Source: Octopus vulgaris
Lineage: Eukaryota
Direction of reading: 5' to 3'
Length of the DNA: 64,000 nucleotides
NCBI GenBank assembly: GCA_951406725.2
Contig: OX597815.1
Location: 166,594,001 to 166,658,000, forward strand
Positions 29,148 through 44,731 of the stretch are shown here, one piece after another. The notes under the pieces were generated by a model. The model saw nothing but the letters and a program-made list of their open reading frames with translations. It was not told where the DNA came from and did no database searches. Position numbers and translations under genes: made by a program. How positions within the stretch are numbered: the first letter of the stretch is position 1; each line of letters opens with the position of its first letter.

Positions 29148-30154
29148 GCATATATATTTGTTTACGTTTGCGTTGTTGACTATACGACCATACTTCAGTT
29201 TTATCAACATGTTACTTACTATCACTTCGCTAAAAGGCTGATAGCCCCCGCTCAGTAGATTTTTAAAGTAAATAAGAAACATTTAACTATCCAAAGTCAA
29301 GTTGCTGGCATTTCGAATGACAATTGCTTATTTCCCAACTATTTTTCTTTTGCTTGTTATTAGCTGATGAGATATCAACGTTGTTGACTCAGCCGATATA
29401 GCTGTTGTGTGTGTCACATGGATCATTTGCGGGCATGCTTTTGTTTTTGTTTTTGTTTTTGTTTTTGTTCATGTATGAAACTTTGCGAATTGTTGCGGAA
29501 TAGCTTTAGCTGGTGCTCCAATCCCAGTAAATTGTTTATTTAAAAAAAATGACTTGTCTAGAATTTTTTTGATTTTTGATTTTTTTTTTGATTTTTCCAT
29601 TTTATTTTTATATTTGTTTATTTATTTATTTTTTTTTCTTAGTAAAATTTAATTCTTATTCTGCACAATCTTGCTTTTCGTTTTTGGTCCTTTTCGACGA
29701 TCAAGCTTACATTAGTAAGTGTTGATAAACGGAGTGTCTAGTAGTGGTCTACCACTACACACACACACACACACTCCTATACACTCTTATTCATCTACTT
29801 AAGCTGACAAAGAAAAAATATTCTACTGACTCCACGCAAGGAAATATTATTTTTACAGAAATGCTTAAGACATAGAAGACTCTGGTCTTGTGTCTTTTTA
29901 CTTGTTTTTCTTAATGATTTAGTCAGAGGCTGAAGAAAGGCAACGCCACTGAACCTTTTTGCAAGGACTTCAAGATTATTGGAAGGAAGGTGAAGATAGG
30001 GAATTCTTCACTTCTCACACCGATCACTTGGCTTGAACGCTTGTAACAGTGAGTGCTTCGCTAAAAGGCTTGTAATGTCAGATGGTGGAGTCAAACAGAC
30101 CGACGGATTATGTCTACAAATTTATAGGTTAATACTTTTAAAAATTGTTTAGTT

Positions 30155-30351
30155 CTCTTATTTGTTTCAATCATTTGGCAGCGGCCATGCTGGAGCACCG
30201 CCTTTAGTCAAGCAAATCGATCCCAGAACTTATTCTTTGTAAGCCTAGTACTTATTCTATCTGGCTCTTTTGCTGAACCGCTGGGTTACGGGGACGTAAA
30301 CACGTCAGCATCGGTTGTCAAGCAATGGTGGGAGGGGGAACACACACACAC

Positions 30352-30412
<61 letters not shown>

Positions 30413-30775
30413 ATTTCTTTATTGCCCACAAGAGGCTAAACATAGAGGGGACAAACAAGGACAGACAAAGGGATTAAGTCGATTACATCGACCCCAGTGC
30501 GTAACTGGTACTTAATTTACCGACCTCGAAAGGATGAAAGGCAAAGTCGACCTCGGCGGAATTTGAACTCAGAACGTAACGGCAGACGAAATACCGCTAA
30601 GCATTTCGCCCGGCGTGCTAACGTTTCGTTTCCGTCTACCAAATCAACTCACAATACTTTGGTCGGTCTGAGGCTTTAGTAGAAGACACTTGCCCAAGGT
30701 GCGACGCAGTGGGACTGAACCCGGAACCATGTGGTTAGTAAGCAAGCTACTTACCACACAGTCACTCCTGCGCCT
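30155..30775 (-). mobile_element. Family-2 SINE with a family-1 SINE (30411-30627) nested in its internal microsatellite
   Basis: Family-2 tail (30155-30340) and head (30628-30775) are separated by (CTAT)n and a family-1 copy. Confidence 0.8.
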
Positions 30776-31080
30776 AGTTTAAGTTTCTTATATTTTTATA
30801 TCGAAACTATGCGAATCGGTTTTTACAAGATAGTAAATTGGAATAATTAGCAGAACGTCTGAAGAAAATGCTTTGTTGAATTCAATGGCTTGCTCTTGCA
30901 TGTTCAGAGCTCAAATTTCATCGTCGTGAAATTTGCCTTTCATTCTTCCAAATATGATAAAATGGGTAACTGTTATATACTGGGGCAGAGCTAATCGAAC
31001 GCACATTCAATCAATATTTCTCTTATAAAAGCAGTGTATTACATGAATTGGCAGAACATCAGGATAAAAAAACAAACAAA

Positions 31081-31491
31081 AAAACCTGTGATATTTACTT
31101 TATTACATGTTCAAAGTTCAAATATCGCGAAAAAACCTGTGATATTTATTTTATTACATGTTCAAAGTTCAAATATCGCGAAAAAAACCTGTGATATTTA
31201 CTTTATTACATGTTCAAAGTTCAAATATCGCGAAAAAAACCTGTGATATTTACTTTATTACATGTTCAAAGTTCAAATATCGCGAAAAAAACCTGTGATA
31301 TTTACTTTATTACATGTTCAAAGTTCAAATATCGCGAAAAAAACCTGTGATATTTACTTTATTACATGTTCAAAGTTCAAATATCGCGAAAAAAAACCTG
31401 TGATATTTACTTTATTACGTGTTCAAAGTTCAAATATCGCGAAAAAAACCTGTGATATTTACTTTATTACGTGTTCAAAGTTCAAATATCG
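31081..31491. repeat. Minisatellite, ~52-bp unit x8
   Basis: acctgtgatatttactttattacatgttcaaagttcaaatatcgcg(a)n repeated head-to-tail without spacers. Confidence 0.95.
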
Positions 31492-32712
31492 CCGCTGTTG
31501 ATCTAGCTACCCATCGTTTTTTGGGCCTGTGAAATAGGTAACAGATTGGCGTTCTATAAACGACCATGTCGTCCCTACCAAGACAAGATGTGGCTTTGTG
31601 CATATTCAAGAAGTTACTATTTTTTAAAGCTTGATACTTATTTTATCGCCTCTTTTGCTGAACCGCTAAGTTACGGTGACGTAAACACACCATCACTGGT
31701 TGACAAGCAGTGGTGGAGGACAAATACAAACTCAGTGACACACACACACACACGACAGGCTTTTTAATTTTCCGTCTACCAAATTCATTCACAAAGGCTT
31801 GGTCGGCCGGAGGCTATAGTGAAAACACTGACCGAAGGTATCACACTGTCGGACTGAACTTGGAACCATGAAAGTGGAAAGCAAACTTCTCACCACACAA
31901 CTACGTCTGCGCCTGAAATTTCTTTTTACGAAAATTTTACTGAATTTTTTTTCCTTAATATTTTGTCAATAGAAGGCTTTCACGTATTTAATTAACTCCT
32001 TTGCCTGGGTATAGTAAAATACGGATGCCCTTGGGAATTTCTATGCATAGGAAAAATATATTTTATAGGTTTTATATTCTATAATTTGTAAGCATCACTC
32101 CTCCTCCTCCTCCTCCTCCTCCTCCCCCTCCTCCTCCTTCTTCTTCTTCTTCTTCTTCTTCTTCTTCTTCTTCTTCTTCTTCTTCTTCTTCTTCTTCTTC
32201 TTCTTCTTCTTCTTCTTCTTCTTCTTCTTTTAGGATAACGGTGAGAGTTGCTATCCTGAAGCTAGGCTGCACCAATCAACCTGCTCTTGAAGGAAAAAAA
32301 AGTTAGGAAACAAATTACATATAATTAAAAAATGAAAAACAGACAAAACGAAAAGAATAACATTGAATAGTCAAACTTTGACAATGACTATCACTTTCTT
32401 TCTGTCTTTCTTTCTTTCTTTCTTTCTTTCTCCCTTCCTTTCTATATACTTTTCTCTCTTTCTTCTTTCTTTTCTCTTTTTCTTCTTTCTTTTCTTTTTC
32501 TTCTTTCTTTTCTTTTTTTCACTCATTTCTTTCTTTCTTTTACCCTTTCTTTCTTTTTCCCTTCCTTTCTTCCTTTCACTCATTTCTTTTTTTTTCTTTC
32601 TTTCTCCAAAAAGTATTGTCACTAAAACTAGCGGATGACCAGTCAATCATGCCAAATCGTTAACGCCCAAATTACTGCACCTAATCGTCTCAATCCAGAT
32701 TCCATATATCCT

Positions 32713-33036
32713 TTTCTGCTCTAGACACAAGGCCCAACATTTTTGGGGAGGGGGCCAGTCGATTAGATCGACCCAAGTACGCAGTTGGTACTTAATTTAT
32801 CGACCCCGAAAGGATGAAAGGCAAAGTCGACCTCGGCGGAATTTGAACTCAGAACGTAAGGGCAGACGAAATACCTATTTCTTTACTACCCACAAGGGGC
32901 TAAACACAGAGAAGACAAACAAGAACAGACAAACGGATTAAGTCGATTATATCGACCCCAGTGCGTAACTGGTACTTATTTAATCGACCCCGAGAGGATG
33001 AAAGGCAAAGTCGACCTCGGCGGAATTTGAACTCAG
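32713..33036 (-). mobile_element. 5'-truncated dimeric family-1 SINE with 17-bp TSD
   Basis: TSD cagattccatatatcct at 32696-32712 and 33037-33053. Confidence 0.88.
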
Positions 33037-33252
33037 CAGATTCCATATATCCTCATTGCAATTTTTAGAAGGAGCCCTGACCGATGTGTACAATGGCGTA
33101 TTTTCCATTGACCGAAGCAGAGTGTACGGAAGCGTATATATATGCTTATTAAGATGTTTGTAAGGCAAAGCAAAACAACTTGCCGAATTGGTGTACCATC
33201 AAATCCACGATGTCTATAAGTACTGGAATAACAACAATGGCATATAAAGCAT

Positions 33253-34008
33253 CGAGCTGGCAGAATCGTTAGCACGCCGGGTGAAATGCTTAGTGGTATT
33301 TCGTCTGCCGTTACGTTCTGAGTTCAAATTCCGCCGCGGTCGACTTTGCCTTCCATCCTTTCGGGGTCGATTGTAATCGACTTAATCCGTTTGTCTGTTC
33401 TTGTTTGTCCTCTCTGTGTTTAGCCCCTTGTGGGTAGTAAAGAAATAGGCATTTCGTCTATTTTTACGTTCTGAGTTCAAATTCCACCGAGGGCGACGTT
33501 GCCTTTCATCCTTTCGGGGTCGATAAATCAATTACCAGTTACGCACTGGGGTCGATGCAATCGACTTAATCCGTTTGTCTGTCCTTGTTTGTACCCTCTG
33601 TGTTTAGCCCCTTGTCGGCAATAAAGGAATAAGAAGCTTGCTTTCAAATTACATGGTTCCAGATTCAGTCCAACTATGTGGCACCTCGGGAAAGCATCTT
33701 CTCCTAAAGCCTCGGACTGACCAAAGGTTGGTGAATGGATTTGGCAGACGGAAACTGAAAGAAGCCAATATGTGTGTGCGTGTGTGTGTGTATCAGTGTT
33801 TGTCCCCCAGTACCGTTTGACAACCAGTGTTGGTGTGTTTACGTCCCCGTAACTTAACGCTTCGATAAAGGAGTCCGACAGAATAAGTACCAGGTTTTTA
33901 AAAAAATACTGAGATCGATTCATTTGACTAAACATTTTTCTAGGTGGTGCCCCAGCATGGCCGCAGTCTAATGACTGAAACGTGTAAAAAGATTAAAGAT
34001 AAAAGATA
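33253..34008 (+). mobile_element. Dimeric family-1 SINE followed by a family-2 SINE
   Basis: Matches to both consensi. Confidence 0.8.
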
Positions 34009-35021
34009 TGTATAGACTTGTGTAGACAGAAAATCATTCTGAAATAAAATACAAACACAAGCAGAAATACAAGACCCTTAAAAGAAACACATGTAGACGT
34101 AGATTATATACGACCATCGTTAATAGAACAACGACTCTCTCAATGTGGTCAGGCGACGGCAGTTCGAATATTAATGCATAATGTCAAAAGGTTGGATTGT
34201 AGATAATAATCTATAAGTTGTCTATGCGGTAGGTAATGATCCGGCCGATTTGTCTTTTCTTGTGAAGCTCTCTCAATGAGTAAGTCAAAATGTGTGCCGC
34301 ACCTTTCACATTAGTAGCTCGCCTGCTGCTACGGGATAACTGAAGCTGGTATACCATTACACAATACTCTTCACGTTCTTCCTGACAACGTCTTTTGCTT
34401 TTTCGTTTGTGCCATTAACCAGCTTGACACCGATTTATTAATTCCTATCAAAACTGCCAGTCGTTTCTTTCTCTTCCTTCTTCTCATTCTGTCTATGTTT
34501 CTGTCAGTCTGTCTGTCTGTGTCTCTCTCACGTTTCCCCTTTCCTTCTTCCGTTCTGTCTCCCTTTCTTTCTCTTACGCGCACGCACGCATATCACTTTC
34601 GTTAAATGGCTGAAACTCTAGAGAATTATATATATAAAAAAATTTAAAACAAAACATAACATTTACATGCAAAAATTCCAGGATAAGTCGATGTATTAGG
34701 GGATTAATGTATATTCACTATTTTTATCGTAAGTTATATGTCACCAGAGCGTCGGATGGAAGGCTTCGCGGGGCCCGTCCTGGTCTTATGTGCACTATGT
34801 TCAAATACCGCCGAGGTAAACTTTGCCTTTTATGCTTTTGGGGTAGATAAAGTACCATTCCCCTGATGGGCTTTAACTTTCTCTCTCACTCTATCTTTCT
34901 CAGACACTAGTCGTGATCATCTCTGAAGAGATGGGCTCCGCTAAACTTAAACAGGCATAAGTCACGCTGTATGTCACGACAACGCCTTACAACTCGGTGA
35001 GGAGTCGAGGGCCCAAGGCAT

Positions 35022-35086
<65 letters not shown>

Positions 35087-35109
35087 TGTGTGTGTGCATG
35101 TGTGTGTAT

Positions 35110-35150
<41 letters not shown>

Positions 35151-35857
35151 TATGTATCGTTTTAGTGTTCGTTTAGATGATTCTTGATGTGAAGTCGTGT
35201 GTGGAAACAAATTTCATTGTAATTTGGGACGGTCAATACGCTGATAGTAGACACACGCACAAGTTCAATTTCACTTCTCAATTTAGTTATTTCACCTACC
35301 AGCTCATTGTTTGCTTGCTTTATCACTCAGTTAAACATGTATGTATGTATGTATGTATGTATGTATGTATGTATGTATGTATGTATGTATGTATGTATGT
35401 ATGTATGTATGCATGTATGTATAATCAATAGCAGTAGTAACAACAACCCCAATAATTAACTGATTTTGCTCGAGGGCGAAGAGGCGAGAAATTGCTACAA
35501 GTGATTCATTCAGGCTCTGTCTGTCTATCTGTCTACCTGCCTAACTGCTTTGTTACCTGCTTCTTCGTCTCAGTTCGTAAACTTATACATACATGCATGC
35601 ATGTATGTATGTCTGTATGTAAGTATGTATGTAAGAATGTATGCATGTATGAATACACGCGCGCGCACACACACGCATGATATCTTTTATCTTTCTTTTA
35701 CTTGTACCTATCCTTAGAGTCTGGTGATGTTGAGGCACCACCTTGAAGAATTTTTAGTCTAACGAATCGGCCCAAATATTTATATTTCTGGAGCTTGGTA
35801 CCAAAACCGATTGTCAAACGATGGTAAAGGACAAACACGCACGCACACAAACGTGTG

Positions 35858-35904
<47 letters not shown>

Positions 35905-35906
<2 letters not shown>

Positions 35907-36121
35907 TTTACTCTTTTACTCTTTTACTTGTTTCAGTCATTTGACTGCGGCCATGCTGGAGCACCGCCTTTAGTCGAGCAAATCGACCCCAGGACTTATT
36001 CTTTGTAAGCCCAGTACTTATTCTATCGGTTTCTTTTGCCGAACCGCTAAGTGACGGCGACGTAAACACACCAGCATCGGTTGTCAAGCGATGCTAGGAG
36101 GACAAACACAGACACACAAAC

Positions 36122-36187
<66 letters not shown>

Positions 36188-36347
36188 TACGACGGGCTTC
36201 TTTCAGTTTCCGTCTACCAAATCCACTCACAAGGCTTTGGTCGGCCCGAGGCTATAGTAGAAGACACATGCCCAAGGTGACACGCAGTGGGACTGAACCC
36301 GGAACCATGTGGTTGGTAAACAAGCTACTTACCACACAGCCACTCCT

Positions 36348-36351
<4 letters not shown>
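35905..36351 (-). mobile_element. Family-2 SINE (full length)
   Basis: Near-consensus copy. Confidence 0.88.
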
Positions 36352-36397
<46 letters not shown>

Positions 36398-36916
36398 ATA
36401 AGTCGAATTCAAAATTAAAGAATTAATGTTTAGAAAGTTGGCGTTAAATGCAGTATTGAAACCTTATTTCAGGATAAGTCCCAGGTCGTGTGTCTGCAGA
36501 GCACGTTCACCACTTATGGCTACCAGGCGTCATCAGCGATACTTTGCGTTGGTCTTTGGATCTACGTTCGGAATTCCAAGATGCACGTAGGATATATTTT
36601 AAAAGATTAATACAGAAGACGAAATGTAATACGATGCATTTATTGGCACAATAATCGTTTTGGCTTGATGTTGCACTGCTCCCTAGTGGGCGTGGAACGA
36701 TGCCATAACACCAGATGCAACGCGCAGTGTACAATAGCCTCTTTAGGTTACATAGGATGCTTCACGGGATTTACATTTCGACTTCGCTTCAAGCTATATG
36801 GTGAGAGATTCTAACAGTTCAAGTCTATTTGCTAAAGTGAGGAAGATTTGGTTCCTAACACACACACACACACACACACACGCGCACACACACACACACA
36901 CACACACATGCACACG

Positions 36917-37007
<91 letters not shown>

Positions 37008-37199
37008 CCGGGCTTAGAATAGGGAGTTCTCTAACCGCTTGCAACAAGCAAACTATCTTGTTTAGAAAACAGTATTTATACCGAGAAGTAATGTTTATCG
37101 CCACCTATCACCACCTAAACGTGGGTGTTCTGTAAGAACAGATGATACTGATATTTTAACCTCAGGTAGACGTCTTGTGCCTAGATAGAAAAGTATATA

Positions 37200-38883
<1,684 letters not shown>

Positions 38884-38953
38884 ATATATATATATATGAT
38901 ATATATATATATGATATATATATATATATATTATATATGTATATATATATATA

Positions 38954-39013
<60 letters not shown>

Positions 39014-39577
39014 CCTCCTTTCAGTTTCCATCTACCAGCACGTTAACAAAAAAGGCTAAAACTCACACACACGTGCAGGCGTAAAACTAACATGCGCATC
39101 TACACATATACACACACACAAGCGCAGACACAAGCATTGGACACAATATTAGCGTTAATGGCAGCAAAGAAGCAAGTTTGAACTTTTAAATAAGTGCAAA
39201 AATAAAATAGACAAAAACCAAAATGAAAAAAAAGAAAAAAAAATCAGAGTAAAACCACTTAAATTTGATAACCAAAATTACACTCACTGTTAAAAGAACG
39301 GCGTTTCTAACTTCACGTCTCTAACTTCACTTTCTCTCAGTTACTTTCACTTCAGCTATGACATCTGATCTAAGGTAATTTTGAACCATTGCAAAAGGTA
39401 AATTCAATTCCTGCCTCTAACATTTTTTGAACATTTGCTAAATTTTTGTTTTACATGATTTTATTTAATTTACATTTAAGTCTTCTTTATGTTTTTTTTT
39501 ATCACCATTTACAACTGTTAGAAAAACGTTAAGTTCCTTATCGGCTTCAATGCAAATAACATATCTGTCTACCACCC

Positions 39578-39632
<55 letters not shown>

Positions 39633-40279
39633 TTTCCCCTCTCTATGTACCTTTGCCTTTTGCTTTTCTTACTCTTCTTCCCCGCTTCTCTCTCGTGTTA
39701 TCTCTGCATCTACCTCTATTTACGATTACTCAAGTTGAAACATGCGTAACTGCATGGATTCACACATACAACCACTTTCATATTCAAACACAAACATACT
39801 CACATCGCCTCCAGGATAGTGGAAGGTTTCTTAAGTTTCGTGTTGATTATACTGATTATTCTCAGGAAAAGTGCATTTTTTATTACATCAGGTTAAAATG
39901 CATACAAATCTAAACCTGGACTAGTATGTGCTAAGGGTACCAAAGAAAGTGTTGTGCATCTAAATCAAGGCTCCACAAAATAGGAGGAGGCCCCTCAATG
40001 AGGGGGAAAGATACATAAAGGTATACATATACAGCAGAAATAATAATAATTATAATAATACTAACAATAATAATAATAATAATGGTTTTAAATTTTAGCA
40101 CAGGGTCAGCAAGTTGTGAGGAGAGGTTAATCGATTGCATCGACCACATTGCTCAACTGGTACTTATTTTATCGACCCCGAAAGGGATAAAAGGCAAAAT
40201 CGACCTTGGCAAAATTTGAATTCAGAATGTAAAGACGACGAAATGCCGCTAAGCATTTTCCCCGATGATGATGATGATG

Positions 40280-40590
<311 letters not shown>

Positions 40591-40820
40591 ATGTTTTTTT
40601 AGCTAGGAACAGGAATTCCTTTGCTAACTGCATATAACCGAATTGGTATTTGCCACTAAAGAAGCGAAATTTTGCTGAAACACGGGTGTCTGATATTTCA
40701 TTTACTTGGTTTCGAGAATCTTGCGTTTTTAACACACAATGACTTGGAGTAAATCTAAGTCATTCCAAGTTTGCATGTAGGTGAACTTGTTATAAGGGAT
40801 GTGGATGCAGATCGTTATAT

Positions 40821-41008
40821 TCGCCAGGATAGATCGCCTGCCACTACACATTCTTTATTTTCTCTCCTTGTTTCTTTCTGTGTTCCTTTCCGTGGAAGAG
40901 CGTAGGCTCGAAACGTTAAAGACTTTTTCACTTCCTGAGCGTTATACTAATACATCTGTTTGTTGTCTACACCACCTGCCTTCGTCTTTTTTTTTTGTGA
41001 ATTCTCCC
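40821..41008 (+). mobile_element. Hammerhead-bearing mini-element, family B
   Basis: CUUU-CCGUGGA-A-GAGC(GUAG)GCUC-GAAACGUU-AAAG at 40886-40921; ends at a TA tract. Confidence 0.7.
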
Positions 41009-41442
41009 TATATATACATATACATACATACACACACACATACACACACGCATACACACACGTGTGTGTGTGTATTTTGTGTGTAAAATTGCAGCACGAC
41101 TGTCACTGTTATGTTTACAGCTCCACGTAGATTACAGCCCTCACTACTTCCAGTATAGTGGTTAATTAATTGCGATAAACACAAGTTAATATTATTTGTT
41201 CCTACATGTGTTCACCGTTATGGTTACAGATTACATTAGTTCTTTGTAACTTAACGTAATAACAAGTTTCCTGGTAACCTGTTCTGATTGAGCAACGATA
41301 TTCACCTGAAACCACCAATGCTGGAATCCAAGTAACCATAATGGTGAAACGTTTGCAGGAACTAATAATATTAACTCATAATTTTTCCAATGAACATACA
41401 CATGTATGCATATAGTTTATATATGTATATGAGTGAGTGTGT

Positions 41443-41720
41443 GGAGGCGCAATGGCCCAGTGGTTAGGGCAGCGGTCTCGCGGTCGGAGGATCCAGGTTT
41501 CGATTCCCAGACCGGGCGTTGTGTGTGTTTAGTGAGCGAAAACACCTAAGCTCCACGAGTCTCCGGCAGGTGGTGGTGGTGACCCCTGTTGTACTATTTC
41601 GAACCAACTCTCTCTCACTCTTTCTTCCTGTTATTTTGGGGGGAATGCATACGTCACTGAAAGCAGGAAACCGGGCCCATGAGCCTGGCTAGGCTTGAAA
41701 AGGGCGCATAAATAAATAAA
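41443..41720 (+). mobile_element. tRNA(Arg)-like SINE, family 4
   Basis: A box tggcccagtggttag, B box ggtttcgattcc, anticodon-like ctcgcg, A-rich tail ataaataaataaaa. Confidence 0.8.
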
Positions 41721-42105
41721 ATGAGTGTGTTTGTGCGTTGTGTATGTGTGTGTATGTTTGTATATATATATATGTGTGTGTGTGTATACATACGTTGTGT
41801 GTGTGTATACATACGTTGTGTGTGTGTTTATGTATATGTATATGTACGTAAGCACGTTTGCGACGTTAAGCAATTCGTTTACCAAACTAGTAGTTCCGGC
41901 TTTGTATTATTGGTTAAATTATTGGTACCTCAGCCTGAACGCTATCTAATGACTAATCTAGTAAAAAAAATATACAACACTTGATATTCTACGAATTATT
42001 CACTTGCAAATTCATATATAACCTTTATACGAAGAAAAATAAAATATTTATCTAAACATACACACACACACACACACAAACTCACATACACACATGCAAA
42101 TAGAC

Positions 42106-42137
<32 letters not shown>

Positions 42138-42920
42138 GTATATATATATACATATATACATGTACATATATAAATCGTTGCTTATACACACACACACATA
42201 TATATATATACACACACACACATATATGTATATATATATATATATATGCGGGTGTGTGTGTGTGTATAGGTGTGTATGTATTTATATGTATGTAAGTATA
42301 TATATATATATATATATATATACTTATATATATGTGTGTGTATGTATGTATATGTATATCTAGCTATCTATCGATCAATCTATCTATCTTTCTGTCGGTC
42401 TGTCTCTCTGTCTGTCTATCAGTCTCTCTGTCTGTCTTTATGTATATATATGTGTGTGCATATATAACATACAAATACACAAACATGTCTGACTGAGGCA
42501 GAAAATTTATGTATAAGTGTTTTTATTTTGTGTGGGCGGTTATGTGTTGTTATGCGTGCTATGTATTTCCTTCTAATATTTAGCATATAAACACAGTTCG
42601 GTCCGATAGGGATCTAAAGTTTCTGCACGTTATCAAAAACTTTTACAGACGGTGTTTTTATAAGCGATAAAATGGCGGCTGATAAGATTGTACAGAAGGA
42701 TATGTGGACACACTGATATATGTGAATTGATGCGAGAGGTAAAGTATAATTTACATACGCATACGTATACACTTAGATACATATAGACTCATATGCGTAC
42801 AGAATCACGCATATACGCACAAGCACGCGCGCACACACACATGTATGGAAATATGTATGTATGTATGTACATACGTATGTATATATATATATATATATAT
42901 GTGTATATATATATATATAT

Positions 42921-42962
<42 letters not shown>

Positions 42963-42968
42963 TATGTA

Positions 42969-43001
<33 letters not shown>

Positions 43002-43291
43002 TATATGCATATATATGTACATATATATGCATATGTATATATATACATATATATATATATATACGTACATACATACATACATACATACATACTTATTTAC
43101 ATACATGTGTGTGTGCGCACGCGCGTGCTTGTGCGTATATATATATATATATTCAAATATGTAGTTATGCATATATATGTACATAAAAGAGTATGTGTTT
43201 TGTGTATATATATGCATTGTATGAGAATATATATATTAAATATATATATATATATGTATACATACACAGAGACACACATAGACAGACAGCA

Positions 43292-43347
<56 letters not shown>

Positions 43348-43697
43348 TATGAATGTCTGTATGTATATTACATGATTACATTTTGTACGCTTAGATTATT
43401 TCTTAAACTCTTCACACTTTAATCACTATGGGCACCTAAACTTAGAATATTTCATAGAATTGATAATATAATTTAATTATCAAATTCTGTTTAATGGCTA
43501 ATATCAGGTCACATCTTTCCCTTAATTAGATAAGTTCACTTTGATGTATAAGCTAAGTACCGCCTTTCTCACACACGATTCTCTCTCTTTTCGAAACACG
43601 TATCTATTGCATGCGAACTCTTAGCCTTACTCGCAATTCAATATGCCTAGCATGGCTAGTAGTAGTAGTGGTAATGGTAGTAGTAGTAGTAGTAGTA

Positions 43698-43759
<62 letters not shown>

Positions 43760-44189
43760 TGTTGTTGTTGTTGTTGCAATATCAGCAACAACAGCAACAA
43801 CAGCTGTAATGGTGACGGTGGTTTTAGATCTTGATATTGGTGGTAGACCCGAAAACCGAATGGAATTCCAACTATGACCATTCCGTCTTTTATTCTGATA
43901 GAGCATATCAGGAACTACGTTATTCAATGTGTGCTTCCATGTTTAAAAACGGCAGGGTGTTATTTGAGAGAGATTTGGCTCCTAAATATAGGAAACCGTT
44001 GGCGTTATCGTTGCTATATGCGAATGCATTTTTGTAATGTGTGCGTGTGTATGCGTATGTGTGTGTATGTGTGTGCGTGCGTGCGTGTACACATATATAT
44101 ATATATGTATCTGCATAAATGTATTTATATATTAGATAATTACAAGTATATACATATACCTTATTTTTATATATATATAGACATCCTTG

Positions 44190-44437
44190 CGCCACTTTAA
44201 AACCTGGCCAGGCTCATGGGCCCGGTTTTCCGGTTTCTATGGCGTATGTGTTCCCCAGCTGGACGGGACGCCAGTCGATCGCAGTGTTACTCATTTTTGC
44301 CAGCTGAGTGGACTGGAGAAACGTGAAATGAAGTGTTTTGCTCTCAAGAACACAACGCGTCGCCCGGTCCAGGAATCGAAACCACAATCTTACGATCATG
44401 ATACTGACACCCTAACCACTAAGCCACGCGCCTCCAC
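44190..44437 (-). mobile_element. tRNA-derived SINE sharing its tail with family 4
   Basis: Minus-strand head ggaggcgcgtggcttagtggttaggg...ggtttcgattcc; tail aaccgggcccatgagcctggc as at 41668-41690. Confidence 0.75.
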
Positions 44438-44731
44438 ATATATGGACATATATATATATATTTATATTTATATATGCTTACACATGCACATGCGTGTATG
44501 TTGGAAGCCGACTAGTAACTTAGTAAGACCTCTTCTAGGTTATTTCATTCTAAGAAACATCTGAAGTTTCGTATTCCCACCGCTGATGACGTCTTATATG
44601 ACTCCTAAGACCTACAAGTCATTCTAAACCGATCAGACGTCAGCTCATATACATACATACATACATGCATACATACATACATACATACATACATACATAC
44701 ATACATACATACATACATACATACATGCATA

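Noticed and set aside
31081-31491. CRISPR-like array
   Set aside because: Units are contiguous with no unique spacers, there are no cas genes, and the context is eukaryotic
44561-44645. ctgatga-containing hairpin (also at 47041) as a hammerhead
   Set aside because: CUGAUGA is followed by a stem, but no GAAA, stem III or NUH follows in the correct order on either strand
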